A stretch of DNA of 61,982 bases, the filler included, from Deltaproteobacteria bacterium (GTDB lineage Bacteria > JAUYMQ01): NCBI GenBank assembly GCA_030698575.1. It is 9 parts of 9 records of this genome, joined end to end, with 100 filler letters (N's around TTAATTAATTAA, not from the genome) between each part and the next. Parts side by side here need not be neighbours in the genome. Positions count along the whole stretch, not along the records: positions 9,683 to 36,972 come from JAUYMQ010000462.1; 8 more parts are not named here. One strand, written 5' to 3'. Below the pieces are notes generated by a model that worked only from the letters and a program-made list of their open reading frames with translations, was not told the origin of the DNA and did not search any database. Made by a program: the position numbers and the translations under genes. This document shows positions 19,776 through 29,761 of this stretch, in pieces; positions within the stretch are counted from its first letter, which is position 1; each line of letters begins with the position of its first letter.

Positions 19776-22157
19776 ATGGACTTCGAAGTTTCCGATCGCG
19801 TGCTCGACATGCTCGAGTGGAGCGCCCTCGAGGCGGCCCTCGCCGGGGAAACCGTGACCCCCGGGGGGCGCACGCTGGCTTTGGCGCGTCGCTGGGCCAA
19901 AGACAATGAGGTCGAGGAACGGCTGGACGAAGTCACGGAGGGCCGGGCGCTGCTCGCACAGGGAGCCAATCCGCTCCGTGCCGGCCCGGAGGAGATCGAG
20001 ATCCATCTCCTGCAGGCGGCCAAGGGAAAGGTTCTCGGCGGCATCGAGCTTCTCCGGGTCGGCGAAACGCTGCGGGAAGCCCGTCGAATTTCGAGTGCGC
20101 TGCACCAGAGGCGCCGCGAGGTCCCGCGCCTCGCGGCGCTGGCAGACGGCATTCCCGATCTCGCCGCACTCGAACACACGCTGCTCGGCGCCTTCGACGC
20201 CCGGGGCCGGCTCCTGGATCAGGCGAGCTCGCGACTCGCGGACGCACGTCGCGAGGCGGCGCTGCTCGCCTCGAAGATCCAGAAGCACATGACCGCGGCC
20301 CTCTCGTCCCCCTTTTACGCCTCCCATCTACAGGATCAGTTCTACACCCTTCGCGGCGATCGGTACGTCCTGCCGATCAAGATTGAATCGAGGGGGCGCA
20401 TCCGGGGGATCGTCCACGACGTCTCCGCCAGCGGCACCACGGTCTTCGTCGAGCCCGAGGCGGTGGTCGATCTGAACAACCGCCTTCGCTATGCAGAGCT
20501 GGAGGAAGAGCGGGAAAGCATCCGCATCCTGACCGCGCTCAGCGCCTCGGTCGGAAAGCAGCTCGACGCCATCCGAGAAGCCAGCGACAGGCTGAGCCGA
20601 CTCGACCGCATCATGGCCGCCGGCCGGCTGGCCGAGCGTCTCTCGGCCACCCGGCCGCGCCTCGTGCCCGGCGCCGAGGTGACGTTGCTGCAGGCGCACC
20701 ACCCCCTCCTGGCCCTGCGAGAGGGCGACGACGTCCCGAACGACTTCGCGCTGGGAAAGGACTACGACGCGCTCATTCTCTCGGGGCCGAACGCGGGAGG
20801 AAAGACGGTCGGGCTCAAGACCGTCGGCCTGGCGGTGCTCATGATCCGCGCCGGCCTGCATCTCCCCGCCGCCGAGGGCTCCTCCATCGGGCTGTTCAGC
20901 CGCGTCTACGCCGACATCGGCGATGATCAGAATCTCGCGGAATCGCTCTCGACCTTTTCCGGCCAGGTCCAGCAGATCCGCCGCTTTCTCGACACATCCG
21001 ACGGCCGCACCCTGGTGCTTCTCGACGAGATCATTGTCGGCACGGATCCCACGGAAGGCGCCGCCCTGGCCCAGGCGGTGCTCGAAGCGCTGGTCTCGCG
21101 GGGCGCGCGCGTCATCGTCACGACTCATTACTCAGGACTGAAAGAGTTTGCGGCCCGCCACCCGCGTTTCGAAAACGCCAGCCTGGAGATCGATCCCGCG
21201 ACGCATCGCCTGACCTACCGATTGATCCCGGGCATCGCCGGCCGATCAGGCGCCCTCGATATCGCCGCGAGTCTGGGGCTCGACGCCGCCGTCATCGAAG
21301 GCGCGCGAACGCTTCTCGGCTCCGACCGTCAGGAGGTCGAACAGCGACTTCGCCGCCTGGACGAGCTTCGGCTGGCGCTGGAGACGGAGAAGCGGGAGGT
21401 CGAGCGACGCAGAGCGCAGACCGATGAAGCCCGGAACACCTGGGTGGAAAAGTTGCGTCAGATCGAGCAGTCGCGGATCGAGATCTCCCGTGGCATGAAG
21501 TCGGCGCTCGACGCCGAGGTGCGCCGCGCCCACGAGGAGATCGCCGCGGTCATTCGCGATCTGCAGCGCAAGGGGACGGCCCAGGAGGCGGGCGTTGCGC
21601 GTCGGCGCATCGTCCGCGTGGAGGATCGGCTCAAGGTCCGCCTCCCCGAACCGCCCGCGCCGGCCCCGCCGGTTGACTGGTCCGTGGTTCTTCCCGGCGC
21701 CCGGATTCGTCTGCGCCGCGGAGACGTCGAAGGCGAGCTGGTCGAGGGGCCCAACGCGGCCGGAAAGATAAAGGTGCGGGTGGGGGGCAAGCGCATGTGG
21801 ATCCCCGCGGCCGACGCAGCGCCCGCTGTCGATCCCCCACGCGCCACTCCCGCCCGACGGCCATCATCGCCGCTGCCACTCCCGGCGTCCCGAGAGGATG
21901 CTGTCCGCACCGGGGCGAACACGCTCGATGTACGAGGGCTCCGCGTCGAGGAAGCCGAGTCGAAGCTGGTCTACTTCCTCGACAAGCTTTACGGTGCGGG
22001 GGAGCCAACCGCCTATGTCATTCATGGCCACGGCACGGGCGCCCTCAAGAGCGCACTCCGGGCCTACCTGGCCGAGAGTCCCTATGTGCTCTCCTTCCGA
22101 TCCGCCGATTCTCACGAGGGGGGGGACGGCGTCTCCATCGTGAGCCTGGGATCATGA
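19776..22157 (+). CDS. mutS2: Endonuclease MutS2
   Basis: GIVHDVSASGTTVFVEP, Walker A SGPNAGGKT, LSTFS, LLDE...GTDP, TTHY and C-terminal Smr domain (LDVRG...IHGHGTGAL...GGDG). Confidence 0.95.
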   Translation: MDFEVSDRVLDMLEWSALEAALAGETVTPGGRTLALARRWAKDNEVEERLDEVTEGRALLAQGANPLRAGPEEIEIHLLQAAKGKVLGGIELLRVGETLREARRISSALHQRRREVPRLAALADGIPDLAALEHTLLGAFDARGRLLDQASSRLADARREAALLASKIQKHMTAALSSPFYASHLQDQFYTLRGDRYVLPIKIESRGRIRGIVHDVSASGTTVFVEPEAVVDLNNRLRYAELEEERESIRILTALSASVGKQLDAIREASDRLSRLDRIMAAGRLAERLSATRPRLVPGAEVTLLQAHHPLLALREGDDVPNDFALGKDYDALILSGPNAGGKTVGLKTVGLAVLMIRAGLHLPAAEGSSIGLFSRVYADIGDDQNLAESLSTFSGQVQQIRRFLDTSDGRTLVLLDEIIVGTDPTEGAALAQAVLEALVSRGARVIVTTHYSGLKEFAARHPRFENASLEIDPATHRLTYRLIPGIAGRSGALDIAASLGLDAAVIEGARTLLGSDRQEVEQRLRRLDELRLALETEKREVERRRAQTDEARNTWVEKLRQIEQSRIEISRGMKSALDAEVRRAHEEIAAVIRDLQRKGTAQEAGVARRRIVRVEDRLKVRLPEPPAPAPPVDWSVVLPGARIRLRRGDVEGELVEGPNAAGKIKVRVGGKRMWIPAADAAPAVDPPRATPARRPSSPLPLPASREDAVRTGANTLDVRGLRVEEAESKLVYFLDKLYGAGEPTAYVIHGHGTGALKSALRAYLAESPYVLSFRSADSHEGGDGVSIVSLGS

Positions 22158-23572
22158 TTGCCCGCCAGCCCGGGGCAGGGGCCGGCGGTCGGGGAGGGGC
22201 CTTGACCGGGGAGAAGCGCATGACGATCGGCGGCTACCGGTGGCACCTCGCGCCCGGGGCCGACGCGGACGAAGCGCTCTCCCGCATCGCCGCCGCGCTC
22301 GCTGCCCTCGCCGGGGGCGACGCGCCCAACCTGAAGTCGGGACAACAGAAGCAGCTCTACGCCCTCCGGCTCGGCGAGGGCGCCGCGCCGGACCATCTGC
22401 TCAAGGCCTACACCTACCGCTGGTTTCCCGGCTTGCTTCGGGCCCTCCGGCCCTCGAAATCCCGGCGGGAGCTCAACCTCTCCGCTGCCGCCTTGGCGCG
22501 CGGTCTCCCGGTTCCCATGCCGCTTGCCGCCGGCGAGCGCCGGCGCATGGGACGGCTCCTGGCCTGCTGTCTGCTGGTTCCGATGGTGCGCGACGTGACT
22601 GATCTGCGCCGTCTCTGGTTCGACGAGCGCCCTTCGCCGGACCGGCGGCGCCGCCTCGCCACGGCGCTGGGCAGGTTTTCGCGCCGCGTGCACGACGCGG
22701 GGCTCTTCCAGGACGACTTCGCCCCGAACAATTTCCTCGTGCTGCCGGGCGCAGAGCCCGAGTTCCTGCTCGTGGACTTCGAGCGGGCGCGCCTCGCGCG
22801 GCGCCTTGGAGCCGGCATGCGTCGCTGGATGCTGTCCAAGCTCTCCCGTCACATGGACGACGCCACGGCCTCCGAGCGGATGCGTTTCTTGAAGGCCTAT
22901 GCAGGAGGAGATCGCCGCGAGGCGCGGCGGTGGTGGCGCGAGATCCGGGAATTCGCCCCCCGCCTGGCGCTGCGCGATCACCGGCGAATGCGGCGCAACA
23001 GCACCGCCGAAGGACGCAACTACGCCCGTCATGCGGAAGCGGGTTCCCGGGGATTCACGCGGCGCCGGGGGGCCCGGGGGGCCCTTCCATCTCCCCCGAG
23101 GTCGGGATCGACGCCCGCCCCCCGCGTTCGGAGCTGTGAGGATTTCTGGTGCATCGAGTACGGCCGCATGGGACGGCGCCGCGGGAACGAGATCTGGGCG
23201 CGCGCGAACACGCTCTGGGCCAGCGGGCGGCTAATCCCCGAGCCCGTGGCCTGGATGCAGTCGGAAGCGGGAGGGGTGCTGGTGCTGGCGCGAGGGGTGG
23301 AGGCGCCACTGCCCGCCGGAAGAAAGATCGAGGAAGCGCGGGGTTCCGTTCAGATGCTGGTGAAACGCCTCGGCGGCCTGGCGACGCTCTCATCCGGGCT
23401 CGCGCCTGGCGACATTGCGCTCGGGCCCGTGGGACGGTGGCCCCGCCGCGCCTTGCTCCTGCGCCCGGATCTCGTGGCCTTCGAGGGGCGGCGAACGCCG
23501 CCCGCTACGCTCCGGGCGATCGCAGACAACACCATCAGCGCCGCCCGCGCCTCCTCGCCACCCGCGCCTTGA
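22154..23572 (+). CDS. Lipopolysaccharide kinase (Kdo/WaaP/InaA family)
   Basis: SKSRRE, GLPVPMPLA, HDAGLFQDDFAPNNFLV and LVDFE motifs. ATGA overlap with the mutS2 stop; alternative start 22220. Confidence 0.78.
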   Translation: MIARQPGAGAGGRGGALTGEKRMTIGGYRWHLAPGADADEALSRIAAALAALAGGDAPNLKSGQQKQLYALRLGEGAAPDHLLKAYTYRWFPGLLRALRPSKSRRELNLSAAALARGLPVPMPLAAGERRRMGRLLACCLLVPMVRDVTDLRRLWFDERPSPDRRRRLATALGRFSRRVHDAGLFQDDFAPNNFLVLPGAEPEFLLVDFERARLARRLGAGMRRWMLSKLSRHMDDATASERMRFLKAYAGGDRREARRWWREIREFAPRLALRDHRRMRRNSTAEGRNYARHAEAGSRGFTRRRGARGALPSPPRSGSTPAPRVRSCEDFWCIEYGRMGRRRGNEIWARANTLWASGRLIPEPVAWMQSEAGGVLVLARGVEAPLPAGRKIEEARGSVQMLVKRLGGLATLSSGLAPGDIALGPVGRWPRRALLLRPDLVAFEGRRTPPATLRAIADNTISAARASSPPAP

Positions 23573-24446
23573 CGGCCTTCTTCAATCCGAGAACCTCGAG
23601 TGGGTAGGCGCTCAGGCGGATGCGCACCTTCGCGCCGAATGGAACCCGGCGGGCGACATGCGGGCCGTCGATGAAAACCCTTCCCTGGCCGATGTGGCAC
23701 TCGATCTCGAGCACGTCCTCCGCCCCCAGAACTCCCTTCAGCAGGCTGTAGCGCCGCCCCGGCTCACGGTAGGGTTCGCGCACGACGAACTGGTACTTCC
23801 GGGCCGCGAGCGGCAACTGCCGGCCGCCGGCGGAACCCGCCCCTCCGCCCGAACCGGCGGGCGCGGCGATCCAGATTCCACTGCTCTTCTGTTCCTCCCG
23901 CCCTCGGGGGACTGTCAACAGATAGCGCGCCATTCCTGCCGGCTGAAGATGCGAGTAGAGGACGTCATTCAACGCCGGGACCGTCACGGGCTTGCCCGCT
24001 ACCTCCACGCTCAGGCGGCTCAGCGAAGTGCGCGAAAGCTCGTCGCGGCGGATCCGTTCGAGGCACAGCTTCAGATCGCGCGCCGTCGCGGCGCAGAAAA
24101 AGCCGACGCTTTCCCGGGGCGCGGAGTTAACACCGAGCAGCGGAACGTCCCGCAGATGATGAGACGCCGCGATGAAGGTTCCGTCACCTCCAACTGCTAT
24201 TACGAGATCGTAGCCGTTGTCGTCGAAGGGCTTTCCGCGCTGCAGGCGATCCACCGACAGCTTCATGCGGTTCAGCGTTTTCTCCACGACCTCCAGCGTG
24301 CGGTAGTGATCCTCGTGGCTCTTTAGCAGAGCCTTCACCTTTTCGCCGCGCACTTTCGAAAGCGCCACCCGCCCCGCTTCGGAGTCCTCGGCGAACAGCT
24401 CGTAGGTGCTTCGTTTCGTCACGAGGAGCACACGCTCGAGCTTCAT
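23535..24446 (-). CDS. nadK: NAD(+) kinase
   Basis: VGGDGT, LGVNS, ALNDV and SSGIW...AGS motifs. Confidence 0.9.
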   Translation of the reverse strand: MKLERVLLVTKRSTYELFAEDSEAGRVALSKVRGEKVKALLKSHEDHYRTLEVVEKTLNRMKLSVDRLQRGKPFDDNGYDLVIAVGGDGTFIAASHHLRDVPLLGVNSAPRESVGFFCAATARDLKLCLERIRRDELSRTSLSRLSVEVAGKPVTVPALNDVLYSHLQPAGMARYLLTVPRGREEQKSSGIWIAAPAGSGGGAGSAGGRQLPLAARKYQFVVREPYREPGRRYSLLKGVLGAEDVLEIECHIGQGRVFIDGPHVARRVPFGAKVRIRLSAYPLEVLGLKKAVKARVARRRGRR

Positions 24447-25696
24447 GAGGCATCTCCGGGGACAACCGCCCAACCCGGTTCGAGCAGGGCTCCGAGCGGG
24501 TGGCCATCAAGGCGCGGCGCGGGCCGGACGCCGAGGATCGCACAGATTGTGGGATTGACATCGACGCCCTGGGCCGCCGCCAGTCGCGCGCCTTTCATAA
24601 TGCCAGGCCCCGCCGCGAACAGGATACCGTCGGTCCCCGGGACCCCGGGCGGGTAGCCGTGACCTCCACGGCGCTCGTCCCCCGCGCGGCCCACGACGAA
24701 GCGTGGGTCTTCAGAGAACGCAGCGCCAGGCTGGGCGACGGCGATGAGATCGCCGAGCCGTCCCTCGGCGGAAGCCCGCCACTCCCGCGGCAGGTCCTCG
24801 CGCTCGTAGACCGAGATTTCCGGAATTTCAGACAGCGCCTTCCTTGCCCGCTCCCGTTCCCAGGGCGCTTCAAGATAGATGTTGGAAACGCCGCCCGTGG
24901 TGGACACCCGGGCCCCTAGCCCCACCGACCGCAGCCTCCGATCGAGGTTCACGAGCTGATCCAGCGGCACAACCCCGTGATCGGAAACCACCACGAGGGT
25001 GACTTGTTTTGACAGGCCGGCGCGCGCGATCCCCTCCCCCAACCGGCCCAGAAGCTCGTCCTGGCGCTCGAGCTGCAAAACCGCCTCCTCCGACGCCGGC
25101 CCGAAGCGATGCCCCTCGGTATCGGTCCCCCGGAACCATGCCATGATGAGGCCCGGGCGCTCTTCCTCCGGCAGAGAGAGCCAGGCCAGAATGCGTTCGA
25201 CCTTCTGGTCATCCGCGGTGTGATTGCGAAACTTCATGTGATGGCTCGGAAGCGTTCCACGCCAGTCCCCCTCGCTGGTCACCCACATGATGATGCCGGC
25301 GCGCACGCCCTGCTTCTCCGCGGTGACCCACAGCGGCTCGACCCGGAGCCATGAGGCCGGTCTTTCCCGATCGAAGTTCCCACGCTTCCGGTCGAAAAAC
25401 TTGTTGTTGATGATCCCGTGCTTGTCCGGGTAAACGCCGGTCGCGATCGTGGCGTGAGAGGGAAATGTGTTCGAGGGGAAAGGCGGCAGGACCCGCTCGA
25501 CCCGGGCGCCCGCGGCGGCCATCGCATCAAGGGCCGGCGTCTTCGCCTGCTTCACCAGCCTCGCGGAAACACCGTCCAGCGATATCAGGATCACAATCGG
25601 ACGCTTGCCGGACGGCGGAGCTGCGACGGCGGGGGACCCGAGGGCTAAAAAAACCGCGCCCAGGAGCAGGATGAGCGCCCTATCAAGCAAGCTCAT
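24443..25696 (-). CDS. Alkaline phosphatase superfamily / nucleotide pyrophosphatase-phosphodiesterase
   Basis: Signal peptide, ISLDG, TFPSHATIATG, GHRFGP, VSDHG and GGHGY motifs. Confidence 0.93.
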   Translation of the reverse strand: MSLLDRALILLLGAVFLALGSPAVAAPPSGKRPIVILISLDGVSARLVKQAKTPALDAMAAAGARVERVLPPFPSNTFPSHATIATGVYPDKHGIINNKFFDRKRGNFDRERPASWLRVEPLWVTAEKQGVRAGIIMWVTSEGDWRGTLPSHHMKFRNHTADDQKVERILAWLSLPEEERPGLIMAWFRGTDTEGHRFGPASEEAVLQLERQDELLGRLGEGIARAGLSKQVTLVVVSDHGVVPLDQLVNLDRRLRSVGLGARVSTTGGVSNIYLEAPWERERARKALSEIPEISVYEREDLPREWRASAEGRLGDLIAVAQPGAAFSEDPRFVVGRAGDERRGGHGYPPGVPGTDGILFAAGPGIMKGARLAAAQGVDVNPTICAILGVRPAPRLDGHPLGALLEPGWAVVPGDAS

Positions 25697-25865
25697 GCGA
25701 AGGGCTCCGCCAGGGACCGTTGGCCCGGCATCGTCCGTCGCGCGGGATCTGCCGGTTCAGGGGAAAGGCCGGCCCGCGCAGGCGGAAACCGGCGCGGGTT
25801 CGGTCATTATAAGGGAGGGAAATTCGGGAGCAAGTCAGCGAAGGCGCGGGCGCGCCCCCTGCCTG

Positions 25866-27416
25866 TCAGCCGCGCTTCTCATCGCCACGCTTGACGGCCA
25901 TGTAGAGCGACTGGCCCCCGCGTTCGATGAGCATGAGGACGGAATCGTCGCCGCCCGGCGGGACTGCGGCCGAGAACGAAGCTGTGTTCTTCACGGGCTT
26001 CTTGTTCACCTCGAGAATGAGATCGCCGGGACGAATGCCCGCTTCAGCCGCCGGACTTTCGGGCGCCACCTGCGCCACCACGACACCCTCGCTCCGATCG
26101 ACCTTGAGCTGCTTCGCTATTTCGGGAGTCAGCTCGCGAACCGCGAGCCCGAGCTTGCCCGCCGATCCGCCCCCGGCGGCCGCCACCGAAACGGCCTCGC
26201 CCTCTTCCTCGAGGCGCCCGATCTTCACATTCATGGCCTGTGCCGCGCCGGAGCGGAGGACCTTGATCGAGACCTCCTGGCCCACCGGAGTCGCTGCAAC
26301 CAGGATGGGCAGGTCGTGGCTCACCTTGATGGGTTTATCCTGGTACTCGACGATTACGTCGCCCCGTCGCACGCCGGCTTTCCCGGCCGGGCCATCCGGC
26401 GCAACGTCCGCAACCAAAGCCCCTTGCTGCCCTTCGATGCCGAAGTGAGTGGCCATCTCGGGCGTGAGATCCTGGATCGACACACCCAGCCACCCGCGGT
26501 CGACACGCCCCGTGGTCTGAAGCTGGGGGACGATCTGCTTGGCCAGGTTCACCGGAACCGCGAACCCGATGCCCTGGCCCCCCGCCACGATCTGCGCGTT
26601 GATGCCGATGACCTCGCCCTTCATGTTGAGCAGGGGTCCACCTGAGTTCCCCGGGTTGATGGAGGCGTCGGTCTGGATGAAATCATCGTAAGGCCCCTCG
26701 AGTGTGCGGCCCTTTGCGCTCACGATCCCGGCCGTCACCGTATGATTCAGGCCGTAGGGGTTCCCCACAGCGACCACCCACTCGCCCACGCGCGCCGTAT
26801 CGGAGTCACCCAGCCGGGCGGCCGGAAGAGGCGTGTCGCTCTCGACCTTCACCAGCGCCAGGTCAGTTTTCGGATCTCGCCCAACGACCTTGCCCTGCAG
26901 CTCGCGGTCGTCGAGGAGCCGGACAGAGATCTCATCGGAGTCCTGCACGACGTGGTTGTTCGTCAGGATGTAGCCGTCCTTGGAAATGATGAAGCCCGAG
27001 CCCACGCCCTGCTGCCGGGGGACCGAGGGCGTCTGCTCGAACTGCCGGAAAAACTCGCCGAAGGGATCACCTGAGCCGAAGGGGGATGGAACGCGGAAAC
27101 GCACGCCCTCCAGCTTCCTGGAGACGGTGATGTTAACGACGCTGGGCGCCACCTTCTCGGCGAGATCGGCGAAGCTGGAGGCAGCGGGAACGACCGCCTC
27201 GACTGCCGGCTCTGCCGGCGCCGCCAGAGCCGGCGCAATGCTGCCCGCCCGGGGCAGCCGGCCGGACACCAGCAAGCCGATGCAGAGGGACAGAACCGCG
27301 GTCAGAACGAGGGTTCCGGCCGGCGCCGATCGCCGGCGCGCGTGCAGGGTTTCACTGCCGGAAGTTTTTTTCGAGAACATCAAATTCTCCCCGTGGCCTC
27401 CTCGGGAGGGCACCAT
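25866..27416 (-). CDS. degP: DegP/HtrA (Do family) serine protease with two PDZ domains
   Basis: GSGFII, TNNHV, DLAL, IQTDASINPGNSGGPL and two PDZ domains. TGATG coupling to the upstream ORF; alternative start 27380. Confidence 0.95.
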   Translation of the reverse strand: MVPSRGGHGENLMFSKKTSGSETLHARRRSAPAGTLVLTAVLSLCIGLLVSGRLPRAGSIAPALAAPAEPAVEAVVPAASSFADLAEKVAPSVVNITVSRKLEGVRFRVPSPFGSGDPFGEFFRQFEQTPSVPRQQGVGSGFIISKDGYILTNNHVVQDSDEISVRLLDDRELQGKVVGRDPKTDLALVKVESDTPLPAARLGDSDTARVGEWVVAVGNPYGLNHTVTAGIVSAKGRTLEGPYDDFIQTDASINPGNSGGPLLNMKGEVIGINAQIVAGGQGIGFAVPVNLAKQIVPQLQTTGRVDRGWLGVSIQDLTPEMATHFGIEGQQGALVADVAPDGPAGKAGVRRGDVIVEYQDKPIKVSHDLPILVAATPVGQEVSIKVLRSGAAQAMNVKIGRLEEEGEAVSVAAAGGGSAGKLGLAVRELTPEIAKQLKVDRSEGVVVAQVAPESPAAEAGIRPGDLILEVNKKPVKNTASFSAAVPPGGDDSVLMLIERGGQSLYMAVKRGDEKRG

Positions 27417-27688
27417 CAGTGAAGGGTCTGTCCGCAGCGCTCCTCGAAAACACTCACCTCGAAGGCGCTCGACTTGTAGCGGGGCGAGAAGAAGAAACGG
27501 ACGGTGTGGCCGCAGATGCGGCAGCGCTTGTAGCAGTAGTTATCCCCGGCATCCGTCTCGGTGCGGCCGACCTGCGCTCGATTGCGCTCGACGCAGCACA
27601 TCGAGGCCTGTGGGGGCGAGACGATGCGGACGGGGTACTCCACCCTTGCCTGTTCCACCTCCGTGTACCGGACGATGCTGAACTTCAT
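27416..27688 (-). CDS. Small Cys-rich hypothetical protein (CC...CxxC, zinc-ribbon-like)
   Basis: AAGGAG RBS; MCC...YCYKRCRICGH; its stop overlaps the degP ATG. Confidence 0.7.
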   Translation of the reverse strand: MKFSIVRYTEVEQARVEYPVRIVSPPQASMCCVERNRAQVGRTETDAGDNYCYKRCRICGHTVRFFFSPRYKSSAFEVSVFEERCGQTLH

Positions 27689-27765
27689 GGCCTGGGCGCT
27701 CCTTTCGGGGGGATGTGCGCGAGCGCAGCGACTCCGGGAATCCGGAGTGGCCGCGTGATGCAGGG

Positions 27766-27820
27766 AGCTTAGGCGGGGGGGAATTAAATGAAGCTTAGGG
27801 GCTCATTAGAAGACCCTTAA
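27766..27820 (-). promoter_or_regulatory. Four direct repeats (YTAAK) at exact 11-bp spacing plus a TAAGCT -10-like element: OmpR/PhoB-type binding array
   Basis: Plus-strand ATTAA 27783, CTTAG 27794, ATTAG 27805 and CTTAA 27816. Confidence 0.7.
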
Positions 27821-27833
27821 GCGCATGGGGGCT

Positions 27834-28502
27834 TCAGGCTTTCAGGACGTACCCGACCCCCCTGACGGTCTGGAGGAGCTTGCTGCCGAAGGGCCGGTCA
27901 ATCTTGTTTCGGAGGTAATTGACGTAAACGTCTATCACATTGCTGTCACTGTCGAAATGCACGTCCCAGACGTGTTCGGCGATACTCGTACGCGTGAGGA
28001 CCATGCCGGCGTTGCGCATCAGGTACTCGAGCAGGCTGTATTCCTTGGCCGTGAGATCGATGGGCTTCCCGCCCCGTGTCACCTTCCGGCCCAGCAGATC
28101 CATGCGAAGGTCTCCCGCGAGTAGCACGGTGGGAAGATCGCTCTTGCCCCGGCGGAACAACGCGCGAGCGCGCCTGAGCAGCACCGCGAACTCGAACGGC
28201 TTCGTCAGATAGTCGTCCGCTCCGCTGTCGAACCCCTGGATCTCGTCCTGCACCGCGTCGCGCGCGGTCAGCATGATGACGGGGGTCGTTACGCCTGTCG
28301 CGCGGAGATGTTTCAAGACGGAAGGCCCGTCGCGCTTGGGCAGCATCCAGTCGAGAATGATCAGATCGTATTCGTTGGTCTCGATGAGGAAGAGCCCCTG
28401 TTCTCCGTCGCCGGCGATATCGACGGCGTAACCTTCTTCCTCGAACCCCTTTTTCACGAAGTTGCCGACCTTGCGCTCGTCCTCCACGACCAGAATTCTC
28501 AT
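27834..28502 (-). CDS. OmpR/PhoB-family response regulator (CusR/CzcR-like)
   Basis: MRILVVEDE, LDWMLP, GADDYLTKPF, LTAKEYSLL, DVYVNYLRNKID and TVRGVGY motifs. Confidence 0.96.
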   Translation of the reverse strand: MRILVVEDERKVGNFVKKGFEEEGYAVDIAGDGEQGLFLIETNEYDLIILDWMLPKRDGPSVLKHLRATGVTTPVIMLTARDAVQDEIQGFDSGADDYLTKPFEFAVLLRRARALFRRGKSDLPTVLLAGDLRMDLLGRKVTRGGKPIDLTAKEYSLLEYLMRNAGMVLTRTSIAEHVWDVHFDSDSNVIDVYVNYLRNKIDRPFGSKLLQTVRGVGYVLKA

Positions 28503-29290
28503 CCCTTGCCTCCTCCAGATGATCCGGCGGATGATCCGGCCGGGCGCCAGCGGGGGGCGGATTTGAAGAGATCCGAAACGTCCTTCCAGGGGGAGTTACA
28601 GGAGGGCCCTTCGGTGTGACGGTAGATCGAACGGCCGGGATCGCTGCGGTGGATCGCGAGCAAGGTCGCGGACCGCGTGCCGTAGTGCTCGGAGTGGATG
28701 CAGACCCGGTCGAGCACGTTCTCCCCGGCGTGATCCGCAAGGATGCCCTCGAGCACCGAAAGCGTGGCCTCAGCGGAGCCAAGGGCCCCCTCGTCGCCGA
28801 GCAGCTCGCGGATGCGCCGGCCCTTGGCGTCCCCGGACAGGCTCAGCCCCTGGTTCGTAAGGACGTGGACGCCCGGCCGGAGACGCCGCGCGTAACCCCC
28901 GGGGCCATGGGCCACGATCCCGGCGCCATCGGATCCTGCGAAGAACAGATGGAAGCCGTCGTAGGTGCCTTCCGGAAGGGTCCCGATGTCGGACAGGATG
29001 GCCTCCATGCTTCCCGCCCGCAGGGCCCGCAAGGTCACCTCTCCGCGGGAGGGCCGCGCCGCATCACGCGCTTCCCCCCGGGGGCGATTCGTGAGGCCGG
29101 CGAAAAGCCCCCCGTCGGACACCCCGATCCAGGTCCCCCCGGCCTGCTCGTCGCGGGGGCCCACCACCCATGGATCGGCGTCGAGCGCCTGAGGCGGGCT
29201 CGCCGGACGGGCGTAGAACTCATCGCGGTTGGCGGCCGCAAGGAGCGGATAACCGGAGATCAAGCGATCCAGAACAATGAGTGTGCACAC
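28499..29290 (-). CDS. NRDE/TANGO2 family protein
   Basis: (M)CTL N-terminus, AANRDEFYARP, GGTWIG, LTN and YGTRSAT motifs. Confidence 0.93.
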   Translation of the reverse strand: MCTLIVLDRLISGYPLLAAANRDEFYARPASPPQALDADPWVVGPRDEQAGGTWIGVSDGGLFAGLTNRPRGEARDAARPSRGEVTLRALRAGSMEAILSDIGTLPEGTYDGFHLFFAGSDGAGIVAHGPGGYARRLRPGVHVLTNQGLSLSGDAKGRRIRELLGDEGALGSAEATLSVLEGILADHAGENVLDRVCIHSEHYGTRSATLLAIHRSDPGRSIYRHTEGPSCNSPWKDVSDLFKSAPRWRPAGSSAGSSGGGKG

Positions 29291-29391
29291 CGACTTATCC
29301 GTCCTCCCGGTCCCGCGCTGGCCGGTCCCGCACCGGGGCCGGAATCGATTATAGGAACCCCCCCGGAGCGCCGCAACGCACCCGGAGCCTG

Positions 29392-29718
29392 CTATCGATC
29401 ACGGCGGCGCAGGTGTTCCCGGTTCAGGCGGCTCATGAACTTCTCTAGTTGCTTGAAGAGATCCTCGACCGCCGCATGGAGCGCCGGCATCAGCTCGGCG
29501 CCGGATTCCTTGGCCGTGAGAACCTTCTGCGGAAAGGAGAGACGGAGGGAGGCGGTATAGGTGCCGTTACGGGAGTGGCGGTTCAGCGTGCCCCGGAGGT
29601 GGACAGCATCGGGTTGAAAGGAGCGTGTGAAGCGGGAAATCTTGCGCGCCTTCGTTTCGAAAAAACCGTCGACCCGCGCGCTGGGCTCCAGCCCCTTGTA
29701 GTTGACATGGATAATCAT
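29392..29718 (-). CDS. Ribosome hibernation factor-like (HPF/RaiA family) protein
   Basis: MIIHVNYKGLE...LTAKESG...ALHAAVEDLFKQLEKF fits the S30AE fold pattern. Confidence 0.75.
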   Translation of the reverse strand: MIIHVNYKGLEPSARVDGFFETKARKISRFTRSFQPDAVHLRGTLNRHSRNGTYTASLRLSFPQKVLTAKESGAELMPALHAAVEDLFKQLEKFMSRLNREHLRRRDR

Positions 29719-29761
29719 GGAGTGATCGCCGGATGAGCAGGGTGTCGCCCGCGGACGGCTG

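Noticed and set aside
18068-20179. Long antisense ORFs (e.g. 18068-20179, 6291-8306, 41020-43389, 55739-57451, 2747-3988)
   Set aside because: Shadow ORFs opposite well-supported genes, expected in high-GC DNA, with no recognisable motifs.
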